From: Paragordius varius
Lineage: Eukaryota; Animalia; Nematomorpha
NCBI GenBank assembly: GCA_964247055.1
Contig: OZ176057.1
Span: forward strand, 3,224,001 to 3,288,000
Reading direction: 5' to 3'
DNA length: 64,000 nt
Shown: positions 37,200 to 49,261 of the stretch, one piece after another
Numbering within the stretch: the stretch's first letter is position 1
Layout of the letters: every line of letters starts with the position of its first letter
Position numbers and translations under genes: made by a program
Notes under the pieces: generated by a model
Told to the model about the DNA's origin: nothing
What the model saw: only the letters and a program-made list of their open reading frames with translations
Database searches by the model: none

Positions 37200-38700
37200 G
37201 AAAATTGCCAATATTTTTATGGATTTTGGAAGCTAGCTAAATGCTTTATCTAAAAAATATAGTGACCACAAAAAATATCGTTAAATAAATATATTTTGAT
37301 ACAAAAATGTATCAGGAATGATGGTGCCTTTGGTTTTGGCCCTTACGATTTGAGAAAGTTTTTTTAACTTTTATGATAAGTGCTCTATTAAAAATGGCAA
37401 AATTTGGGCACTTTTTTAGCAAAATTTTATTGTTTAAAGCTAGAGGTTTCATTACAAAAATATCACTAAAACCATTATTAACTACATATAAAAATCAAAA
37501 AATTTTTGAATTAAATTTTTACTTGTGAGGGACGAAAATCTCAAATTTATTATGCTCTTCTAATATGAGCTGATCCTATTAAAATAAAATCAAAAATGGC
37601 AATATATGCAAAATTTTGATCACCAAATATTTTTTTAAAAAATGCATAGTTTTGTAGTTTTGAATTGTACTATATAATTGTTTGAGGCATGATGGAAAAG
37701 GTATAAAAACGCTTTATTAAAACACTTCTATATTGATAGTGCTGACTATTTCTATCACTTCAGAATTTTTATTTATAGGTTCGTTTCCTTGATTTTGGTG
37801 AGTTTTTGTAAGGCCTTTAATCAAATTTCTGAGGTGATAGAAATGTCCAGCTCGAATTCCATAAATAGGATTTGTAATAAAATTTAAAGCTTTTAGAACA
37901 GTTTCCTTCATGAGTCAAAATATGTCATTTAACCCTTAAACGATTAAAATCCCCAATTCAAATTCTCTCTAAAAGATGAATTATGTGTTTCCGGGCTTAT
38001 ATAACTTATTATAAATATATCTCAATGCCCTTAATTGTTTTTCAGCATTATATTTATTTTAAACAAAATTTCATTTTTAAAAAATATAAAAAAATATTTT
38101 TAATCTTAAAAAAACACATAATTTATTTGAGGGTGAATTTGATTGTTTGAGGGTAAATTTGATTGATCAAGGGTGAATTAGAATTGTTTAAGGGTGTATT
38201 GGAAAAAATATAGTATGAAGTATGCTTCAACAGAATTTTCCTAATTAAATTATTCTTTTCTAGAAGAGCAAAAGAATTTTTCGGCGCCCACATATAAAAA
38301 TTGATTTTTTTAAATATTGTTTTCTCTTTATATGTAGTTTATGGTATATTTTAGCCATAATTTTGAAATAACGTCTCTAGCTTTCACCAAAAAAAAATAT
38401 GTAAAAAAGTGCGCAAATTTTGTCTTTTCTGATATATACTTACCACAAAAATGTATATAACTTTCTTAAATCCCTCGTAAGGGCCAAAACCAAAAGCCCT
38501 ATAATATTCCTGATACATTTTAATATCAAAATGTTATATATTTCATCGGATTATTTTTAATACCCTCTGAATCGAAACAATGCTTATAAAAAGTAAAAAA
38601 AATATTTTTAAAAAATTTTTTTTTTGGATGAGTCCGAAATCCCAAAGATTTTTGCTCTTCTAGATGGGCTAGTTTTTAAAATAAAAGCAAAATTGTCGAG
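37200..38700. mobile_element. Inverted-repeat element (family C) with a nested family B MITE; related fragment at about 57200-57270
   Basis: AATGTATCAGGAA...CCTTTGGTTTTGGCCCTTACGA (about 37305-37345) is the reverse complement of TCGTAAGGGCCAAAACCAAAAG...TTCCTGATACATT (about 38475-38520). Boundaries are approximate. Confidence 0.5.
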
Positions 38701-40086
38701 ATAGCGCGGATTTTGATTTGGATATCAAAATTTTTAAAAAATGCAGGATTTTCTCAAAAACAATATTTAGCGGTTTGTGGAACGTATATTTTACTATTTT
38801 GAGGAATTATGGAAACGGTATGAATTTAAATACTATGAAAACACTTTTTCTATATATATATATATATATTTTGATTCCTGAACGTTTCTATCACCACATA
38901 TTTTTTATTGTTCGTTCATCCAATTTAAAACTGTTTTTTTGCAAAAATTTACCAAAAATTTATAGCAAACCAACCTTTGAATAAATATTCTGACGTGATA
39001 AAAAGCTGAATGAGGAATCTACATTTTCATCATCAACACAAGAAAACACAAAAATATTTGATACTATAATTTATGGAAAATCTGAAAGTAGAGCAACTAG
39101 ATATGAACACCTATGTGAATTTTATTATTTTTTTAAATATTATTGTTAAATGTGAATTTAATGCAATATAACTTTGTTTTAACCCAGAGGAAAAAATTTC
39201 CATTAATAACTTTAGTTTTACGGTTAGTAACTCGACAGACTATGAAACGTTTTTTTACACTACTAAATTTTTTATATTGGTTTATTTATATCATATCATA
39301 ATTTATTAATTTAAAATGTGGTCTTATTTAGTAGTTTTTATTTATATCAGTTTAAGTTGGCCTGGAGTAACCAGTTGAACTAATATTGTCACAATACACC
39401 CAAAGTGACATTCATTTTATTATCCAACTAATATTAAATTTCCTTTTGTTAAGTGTGAGGTGACCAATATTTTAAAAAAATATGATAGATTATTACATTA
39501 AGATTTTATGCTATTGCCTTTAGTTTAGTGGCTTGAGTTTTTAAAGTCATTGCTCTCTATCGAAAAGTGGCAAAAATGACATTTACAGAAAAAATTTTGG
39601 TTAATGCAAAAGGCATCTCAGCCAAATATCTTAATATATGTGATGGAGTTTATTTTAAAAGCACATGATACACTTAAATTTTGCCCCTTGAAAATGAAGC
39701 TAGTTTTTATTAAAAAAAGGGAAATGCTAAAATCAGAGGTGTAGCTAGGGGGAAGGGGGGCTGATGCACCTGTCGTCATACTTGAAGGGGAGTCGGATTT
39801 AAAAAATATTTTAAATAAAACGGGACGTCATAGCTCATGCAACGGGGGCCAGAACGGCAAGCTATGTCTCAGAAAATTTCACTATATACAAATTTATAAT
39901 TTATGGTAGAATTGTTGTAAAATAAGCTATTTTTTTAATGATATTTTTTAATCTTAAGTATAAACATTTTGAAAATAATTCATGGTATTTAAATGCATAT
40001 TGCAAATGGTATAAACAATAACTTTTTTACATATTTCGGCAAAACTTCGGATTTAACAAGCAAGTTCGTTGGGGTTCAAGAATCGT

Positions 40087-40167
<81 letters not shown>

Positions 40168-40397
40168 GACAAAAAAATTTGTTTTTGTTTTTCGATATTA
40201 AATTATTTTCTTATATAATTTTAAATACGATTGATATAATTTTTTAAATTGATCCATAAATACCCAAAATGTTATCTCCCATATATAATGGTGTCATTTG
40301 AAGAATTATGTACTAATTATTTTCAATATAAATTTTTATTTGAAAAAATATTTAATCTTTTTTCCACCTGATTATAAGGTAAGTTTTGAAATAATAA

Positions 40398-43300
40398 CTA
40401 TTCCATTGATGCATAGTTTATAATTAGCATGCTTTGACTTTTATTTTGTATTTCGGCCCTCGTGAACTTGGCATTACAAATTAAAGGGATATCTTGGGTC
40501 ATATAGCATTGTCGTGTTGTTTTATTTGACATTTTGGTATTATTTCCATTTAAAATCCATAATAAATGACCCTCAGATGTAAAACCAATTAGTAGGGTTA
40601 ACTGAGTAGTTGATAACGATTGAATGCTTGTTGCATCATCAGTTGCGATTTTTATTGGAATTTCACCCTATAAAACATCGCATAGACTAAATAATTAAAC
40701 AAAGGATTAGTTAGTTTATAGTACCCTGATACTTTTTGTAATACCAACTGTGGTCATAATTACACCGTTTAAATTAAAAGAAGAGGTCAGCAAAATGTAC
40801 GCAGACAATTAATTTGATACAGAGACCTAATTATTGTTTATCTAACATTAAACCACAAGTTAAGTTTACTTAAACCTAGCTTTGGATTTTATATAAATTC
40901 TCTTATAGAGAATTTTATGCCTGAAAACGATCATATACGGCACGCATTTCCATCAGAAGAAAAAGGCTGTCTAAAGTTATTTGCTGCTTGAAACATATGG
41001 TCAATGTGCTCAAACGATTAAAAAATGTAAAAAATGTTATCGAACTATTCTGTGGGTGCTGTAATACAACTCCGAAGACGACCAAATGTCAGATTTAATG
41101 GATATGACCAAACTCAAACTTAACAACAATTGGCAGATTATTTATATTTATTACAAAAATCAATTAACAGATGTCTACCATAACATCAATTGGAAAGACC
41201 ATTCAGTAAATGTGTTTTACACGATGGATCGCAAAGTGACTGAAATGCTGCTTTGAAATCATGCTAAATATTTTTTTATCAACTTGTGACCGGGTAATGA
41301 GTTGCCGGTCCAACATCAATGCCGAATCGCTTTGGCAAAAAAACCATCCTATGTTGGGATCAGAGTGGTGTTAAGTTATATACACTTTTGAAGAACCGTT
41401 AAATCGTTAACAAAGCAATGTTGCTAAAAGCCCTAATTAGAACCATGAATTAAGTAAAAAACACCTATGAGCCATAAAACATGGCTTATTGTACATAAAT
41501 GATTTGTAGACAGCAAAATGAGCGAATACCTTAAAATTGCAATGGAATATATTTCCGCATCCGCTTAACTCCTAACCTGGCGCCATCTGACTTATACAAC
41601 TTCGCATCAATGGGGCACACCCTTTTATATTTTGAGTATTTTTGAAAATGGCTCAACAATTGCTTTTCTGCAAAAGATAATTATTTTTCTTGGCACAACA
41701 TTCATATATTACCTAATAGATAAGCGTTGGTGAAGCCGTTGTATAAAATTTTTTGGTTAAAATTTTAAAACTACATACTTTTTACCGAAATACTGGTAAA
41801 AACTTAGGGGTCTGGTAAATGTAAATTTAAAAAATCATTTGGTGTCTAATCATCGACTACTCTCATAAAATTGTGATCTAAGAAATAAGCAGATCCAAAA
41901 TTGATATTGATTTATAAATAACCATTGTGTTATACAGAAATGTAATACCTCAAACACACAATGTCCGTCGGGAGTTACATTGTTTAGCTTAAATAAAAGT
42001 GTATGTTGGATATTGACTGTGTACTTTATGCAATTCTCTCCAGCTTGGTAACAGATGATCCAACTGCAGCAAAAATCGCCCTCTGACGATTTATTATACA
42101 GGCAAGGTGCTATTTTGACATTACTATTAGTAATATTTGATTGCTGTTGGGCCGACATTAACTTTACCTCTATGATACAAGTTTCTAATGGGTTATTCAC
42201 CATTTTCCATTCCCATTCTACTTGGCATTTGGTGAAGAAATTGGATGTTAACGACATTTTATTGTTAATGGAACGCATGTAAGCCAGACTTGGAAGCTCT
42301 ATAACATGTGAATCGTGACCACCAGAATTCCTTTTCTTTTCCCATAACTTCGTGTTGACCATGGTAGAAGGTGGTAGGAAAGAAACGGTTTTTCGACGTG
42401 TGTTTAATAATCCTGGTAAATTACTAATGGTAACCAAAGATTTTTTAGGCATATTCAGCGTTGATGCGGTAGCAATATTGGTTTTATCTAAATACAATGA
42501 TGGGAAAAGGTGGTTAATAAATGATAGCGGCTTTTCTTATCATAATACGTATTATCACTTGTGAGTCGTATATCCTCGCCATATAACTCTATCTAAAGCA
42601 ACCTCAATTTTAAGTTTCTCCCTAGTTGCGTTTTATGGTCATCCCTCTTGTTTTAGGGTTTCCAAGTTTATCTTACATTAGACTATATTATTCCTATCTT
42701 TTGTCACTACAAATCTCTCCTTTCGATATATCCAAACCAGTGATATCAATTATATCCTCATTTTATAAGCTTTTAGTATAGATCTACATCATAGAATTAT
42801 TTTTAATATAATAATGGTTGTATCCAAATTTTTGATGATTTAATTATGTTAATTAATAAATTTATATGTTTAACACAATAAATCCTATCTTTTACCTTTT
42901 TATAATCATTATTATATTAAAAACTTTAGCCTAGGAACCTTGTAAACTTTGGCTTCCATAGCTTATAAGTTAGGTTTTCGGCCTTCAGAACACATTTAAT
43001 TCAGGGGTGTCTAAGGCCAATGACTTCGCGGGCCCTATTTTGGGATCATATTTTCAACTGGCCGCATACGCAAAATATATGAGCAATAAGAAATATTTTA
43101 TTAGATTTTAAACGAAAGACTGTAAAATTATTAGTTATTATGCTTTCGGAATTAGGAAAGACTTATAATAAAAAAATTTGAGAAAATCAATTTTAATTAA
43201 ATTCCGTATTTTTGAATTCGCGGGTTCCAGAAATGTTTCGGTAGGCCGCGTGTACCCTTGAATATTAACATTTGTCCAGCTTTTGTTTTATTCCCTGAGC

Positions 43301-43825
43301 AGAAACATAGTGATGTTGTTTTTGGTTAATATTTTTCGCCATATACATATTTAAACTAATTGTATATTGTACCAAATTTTTTACAACGAGAACTTCCTTA
43401 AAATAGTTTTTTTTCAGGATCTTTTTAAGAATTTAATTAAAAAATTCTGTTCATTTTGAATCAGATTGTTCCCCTTTGCTTCAAGTGAGGCATTTAGCCT
43501 GCTTTCTTTCATTTTAAAAAATGTATTTAGCTTGCAAATATAATAAAGTTATTTTAAAATAAGGAAAAAATGCACAAAATTTCAGATTTTACCTACCATA
43601 TATTATCCAATCATTTATATAATTCCAAGATTTTTTCTTGGGAGCATTTTGATGTAACATTCCTAACAGGGGTAAAAATTTGCTAAGGTCAACATTATTT
43701 GGATTATGGTTTACATTGATATTGCCATTTTTATCCGCATAAGGATTTACATTAGCGTTTGAGGGACCAACAAAATTAGAATAGCCTGTAGAATTTGTTT
43801 TTATCGTATACAATTGATTCTCCAT
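40398..43825 (-). CDS. Unidentified spliced gene; 5' structure unresolved
   Basis: The large exon (about 42535-41949) ends GAG|GTATTA. It joins in phase 0 to TAG|40667-40398, an 89-codon stop-free terminal exon absent from the ORF track. The ATG ORF at 43825-43590, with donor-like GTAGGTAAAA, is a candidate first exon but I could not link it in frame. Confidence 0.55.
40940..41625 (+). mobile_element. Degenerate mariner transposase relic in an intron of the minus-strand gene
   Basis: Remnants FHQKKKA..LLETYG, QLVTG, PNRFGKKTILCWDQSGV and QWNIFPHP..NLAPSDLYNFASMGH occur in mariner order, with stops and frameshifts. Confidence 0.85.
43002..43260. mobile_element. hAT-type MITE
   Basis: CAGGGGTGTC...GTGTACCCTTG ends with subterminal GCGGGCC/GGCCGC motifs. 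No TSD. Confidence 0.55.
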
Positions 43826-44340
43826 CTTTCACAATTAGTTAGTATACCTAATTTTGAACGATAAAAAATAACTCATTATTAATGATTAAAACTAAAGTTG
43901 ATTGTTAAATTTACCAATTTTATTTACACAGATAGTCTTAAACAGATAGTATTATAATATTTTCTGTTTAAGATATTATATAACATATAATATTTCTATC
44001 TTTGGTTTAGTTCAATGGTTCACAACCATTATTTGTTCACGTCCTACCAAATTGAAAATAAAGTCTTGCGGCCCTCCCCTCTTCTTCCAAAAAAACAAAG
44101 ATATGCAAAATATAAATGAGATCCTTGCATCTGAAATTGTTGAAATATTTTTTCTATATTGGGGACTAATCTTGATAATTTACACCTGAGATCTTGATTA
44201 ACCTTCATGTTTCTAGTTTTATTTGTTTATTAAACCAAAGCCAAAAATCAAGTCTCACATAAACACCTTGAAAGGGACCAAATAAAACGTAAGGCAATTT
44301 GAGATTTTGGATAATGCGCTTTTCTCCAAAGTTTATAGCT

Positions 44341-44527
44341 ACTTTCAGCAAATTTTTATTAATTGAACCATATATCAATCTAATACATTTACCTGTACTT
44401 TTATATTACTAACAATTAATAAAAGAAATAATACTTTCAGCAAATTTTTATTAATTGAACCATATATCAATCTAATTCATTTACCTGTACTTTTATATAA
44501 TTACTAACAATTAATAAAAGAAATAGT
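44341..44527 (+). repeat. Two-copy tandem duplication of about 92-95 bp
   Basis: ACTTTCAGCAAATTTTTATTAATTGAACC... starts at 44341 and again at 44433. Confidence 0.9.
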
Positions 44528-44800
44528 AATTAGAGACAATATGTCTGAATTCAATCTATGATTACTTCTTTATGATTTATCTATAATTAACAGAAATTTA
44601 AGGTCGTTTCTCCAGGTATTTTGCCCTCCTCCCCTATTTTTGCCCTTCCTGGGCGGAGAGGGGAACGTTGCTTTCTTTTCAGAACCACTAGGCTAGTTTT
44701 TTCACCAAATCAAATTTAATTATCTTAAAATGCTATAATTTTGTGCCAAATAAAAATATGCATTTTTGGTCCGATCACAATATCAATAACTTATTTTTAA

Positions 44801-45358
44801 CACTTCAATTCAAATTGGGGTATCTAAATACCCCAGACTAAATTTAAGTTAATAGTTTTAAAAAATTATTGAAGGAAACGGTCTGAAATTATATTTATGC
44901 TTCTATCCTATTCAAATTATATAAATATGCCAAAATATCTAAATAAAATTTTGTTTTGAAAAAAAGTTCCATGTCAAACTACTTCGACGCCATTTTTATT
45001 TAATAAAATTTTTGCAAAAAAGGCAAAAATTAAAGCTTATTTTTTATTTAAATTACATAAAACATTAATAGTAATAGAAAGCTGTTTATTTTGTATTATT
45101 TTTCAAATTTATTATTGCACACATGTCACATTGATTAAATATTTACCTTTCGGTTTTAGCTTAAAATAAGTAATATCAAGTATTTTTGAATGAAATTTTT
45201 TATATATTTTGGTTTATTAATGTTATATAAGTGCAAGATTTTGCCATGGTGTCAATTCCTTCCATATTTTTTAAAGAATTTAATTTTAAACACGCCTGGG
45301 GTATTTAACTATCCCAATTTGAATCGAAGGACTAAAATGAATGTGTTGCATCCAAGTG
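44801..45358. mobile_element. Family A MITE (opposite orientation)
   Basis: TTAA at 44797-44800 and 45359-45362. Confidence 0.85.
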
Positions 45359-45934
45359 TTAATTATATAATAAAAATATACTTTTAACCATTTTGCTGCC
45401 AAATTTATACTGTGCAAACTTAAGCTTTTTTGTGTAATGATAATATATCAATATAATGTTTTATGCATGTTAGAATAAATTAATATTTTTTCATCCCAAG
45501 CAAAAACTCAATATAAAATTACATATGTAATGAATTGTTAAAAATACAATGATGTTTATGTTTGGTTCTTAAATTAATGCGATAAATTACCTTTTAATTT
45601 TTTTGTAGTTTTTTATGTCAAAGCTTAAACTTGCATGCTTTAAAGGTTGTTTTTGTTGAAATTTAATAATCCAATAATTCAACATGGATAGGTCCGAAAC
45701 CTAAATAAACAACTGATTTTAATATCAAGTAGATCATAATATATCTAAAAAGTTTATAACATCATCATTCTTATAATATACACCATAATCCTATTATATT
45801 ATCGATTCAAAAAAATCCAAAGAAAGAAAATGGCGACGAAAAAGTTTGAGATTAAAATTTTTTACTTCCATAAAAAAATTTGAACGTATAAAATGCGCAA
45901 TACTCTTAATTGATGGATGAATGGATTATATTTT

Positions 45935-46900
45935 TATTTTGTAATTGTGGTAACTAGAATTAATTGTGTTTTGGTTAAATAATAAAATATTCTTTAAGGT
46001 TGTAATACCAATTGACAAGATAATATCATCGGCACGGTACAAATTTGCAATTTGTTTTTTTTTATTTCAGGTCCAAAAATCGTTTTAAACGATTTCAATG
46101 TTAACCAAAACTTCTGTTTTAGCTATGTGGTGACCATGAGAACAAATGTGCTCAGCAAGGCCCGAATTTATTAGAGCGTAGTTGGGTATGCTCTTTTAAC
46201 CTTTGGTTTAGGATGCTACCTGTTTCTCCGACATAAACACCGTCACAGGGGCAGTAACGTTATAAATGCTGGTCCAGCGAGCTTAACAGATATGCGATTC
46301 CAGTTCTCTCCGATACAAAAACCACCTTAGTCAATCCTTTCAAGAAAAATGCTACCACGCCTAGCTTTTCAGCAGAATCCAAAATCATACCACTAAATAA
46401 TAATCAACTGAACAATTTGTTGGAATTTCTATCGAAAATATAACCACAAAAATCGGTCTTTTATTAAACATATTTAACATACGTACAACAATATATAAAC
46501 TAATGTCCAAACTTATTAATACCATAAAATATAAAGGCGCAATCCCGCGAAAAAAAGATCAGACGGTTGTAAAGTTACGTGCTCCTGTGGCGGTGTTTAC
46601 GTCGGAGTAGCACCATGGATCAAATGTTGAAAGAGCATACACAATACATACGCTCTAATAAAATCCGGACTTACTGAGCACATATGTTCTCAAGGTCACC
46701 ACAATCAAAACAGACGTTTTGGTAACATTGAAGATCGTTCAAAACGATTTATATATTAACCTCTTACAATAAAAAAATAAAATGCAAATCTCAACCGTGC
46801 CGATGGTATGGTCTTGAACATCTGGAATTACAACCTTAAATAATATTTTATGATTTAACCATATCACAATCAACTCTAGTTATTAAAATTACAATACAAC
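45935..46900. mobile_element. Inverted pair of Penelope-like retroelement 3' fragments (GIY-YIG endonuclease region)
   Basis: Arms about 45935-46270 and 46560-46900 are diverged reverse complements. The right arm reads KVTCSCGGVYVG...SGLTEHICSQGHH, the PLE GIY-YIG and H/C pattern. Confidence 0.7.
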
Positions 46901-47181
46901 GATTGTAAAATTCACCCATTTATCAATTAAGGGTATTTACAACTAGTTTTTTTTCAGTAATGTTTACTGGTTTTTTTCACTGGTCATAAATACTTTTACC
47001 ACATATCACTCACTATCTATATTTTTTTAATTTTTTTTCTCAATCTTGAAAAAGGTTGTATATCGAAAATTAGATATCTCAAATAAATTAATAGAAAATC
47101 ATTTATATTCGTTTTTGCAAAAATGGATGAAAATTTACCCCATTCCCATATCATCCAATATTTTTTAAATATAATTTTTAA

Positions 47182-47757
47182 CACTTCGATTCAAATTGGA
47201 GTATCTAAATACCCCAGACTAAATTTAAGTTAATAGTTTTAAAAAATTATTGAAGGAAACGGTCTGAAATTATATTTATGCTTCTATCCTAATAAAAATT
47301 ATATAAATATGCCAAAATATCTAAATAAAATTTTGTTTTGAAAAAAAAGTTCCATGTCAATACTTCAACGCCATTTTTATATTACAAAATTTTTTGTAAA
47401 ATATCGTCTTCATTTAGTGTTAAGGGTAAAATAAAAGCTAATTTTTTATTTAAATTATATCTAACATTGATATTAATAAATAAAGCGGTTTATTTTGTAT
47501 TATTTTTCAATTTACCATTGCACACATGTCACATTTACTAAAATTTTACCTTTCGGTTTTAGCTTAAAATAAGTAATATCAAATATTTCTGAATGAAATT
47601 TTTTATATATTTCATTTATTGATGTTATATAAAAACAAAATTTTGCCATAGTTTGGATTTCATCCAAATTTTTAAAGAATTTTTTTAAACAGGCCTGGGG
47701 TATTTAACTTCCCCAATTTGAATCGAAGGACTAAAATGAATGTGTTGTATCCAAGTG
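47182..47757. mobile_element. Family A MITE (opposite orientation); further complete or degenerate copies at about 22682-23000, 24850-25000, 36705-37130, 55705-56243, 59458-59965
   Basis: TTAA at 47178-47181 and 47758-47761, with a body shared with the other copies. Confidence 0.85.
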
Positions 47758-49261
47758 TTAATAAATATATTATATCATCATAAATATATCTGCAATTTAT
47801 TCGTGTTATTTTTAATTTTGAAACAAACAAGTTTGTTAATATGAACGAATTCATAAAACTGTGTAGGTTTAAATGTAAATAACTAAATTAATTTAAAATC
47901 CATCTTATAACAATAAAGCTGTGTATCGCGCACTAAATGTAGCTTCACACTTGACAAAAAATTTTGACATTTTGAAAATTAAATATAAAGTACAAAAATA
48001 GTATAAAAAAATGGTCCAACACCTAAGAATTTTTTTTGAAGTTTTTCGAAAATTTTTGGGCTCGATTTAACATTAAAGTGATTTTCAAAATTAAAAGTTT
48101 TGGATATAGAGCCATGTATTTTATGTAATTCCAAAGAGCGCAAAAGACTCAACTTTCGAATGCTATTAGTCATTTAAATCAATCTGATGTAAAAGTTATT
48201 TGGGTTTATATGGTCAAATTTTTCAACTCTTAATATAAAATTTAAATAAATCTTGGAAAAAGCTTTTGTTTTTTCAAAAAAATTATCATTAATATAATTA
48301 TTTTAACTAGTGGGTACTATAGTGCATTTTATCTGAATTTTATTACACAATGGTTATAAAAGATCAATAATGCCTATTTTCATCCATTAGTTTAAAATTA
48401 TATCAATTAGGAATAACGCTCTCGATAGGTATTTGTATTTTCTCAAAGAAAAACATTTTATCATAAAAAATCAAAATACTATCTTAGGTAGAATTATAAT
48501 TTTTATTTCAGATTTACTGTTGAAATATAAAATATCAGAAAATTTAAAAATTCGAGAGGCTAAAAAATTTGTTGTCTAGTGTAATAAAAGCTGTATTATT
48601 TTTCCGAATAAAAAACAATTTATAATAATTTATAACACTTTTATACGCATTTACATGGCTATGGAAAACTTAAATTTTCACTTTTCTTATCTAAATATAT
48701 CATCAATCAATATTAACTTTAGTTTGGTAAAACAAATAAGACACATTGCCAAATATAATATGCAAAATAGTTTTTTAAAAATATCATGTGATTTAGTATT
48801 GCCCATATATTGCAAACTTTTATAATATTTTAAATGCTATATTTCCAAACATATTTGTAATCATCGCTTCGCATTTTTCCTAAATGCAGAAAAAAACCGA
48901 TCTAAAATATTAATAAATACTATATATATATATTCAGATGTTTAAATTATGCACATTGGTTGTCTTATTATACAAAATAAAATCAATCATTTACGGCAAT
49001 AATTATGTAAATAGATAAAAAAAACGTAAGACAAATATAGTTAACCTACTGTGATGTGCGACTCCTCGGGCTATATATACATGCAATAAAAACGTGTCGC
49101 AATAAGGTGACGTTTCGAACTGGTTCAATTTAGTTTTTAGACGTAAATGTAACTTGTTTGCTCTAGGTATCTCAAGGACAAATGGGAATATAAATTACCT
49201 TTGAAAGATTCATTCGTTTTTTTGAGTTTAATATTTTGTAATTTTTTTCCCGTTTTCAAAA

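Noticed and set aside
37929-38200. TTAACCCTT start as a second piggyBac family
   Set aside because: The body matches family B, whose complete copies end in TACCATTTAC, so this is a truncated copy.
28152-45387. Similar short ORFs (28152-28343, 29629-29814, 45190-45387) sharing PGVSNYPNLNR
   Set aside because: They are translations of the same non-coding family A MITE end, not a gene family.
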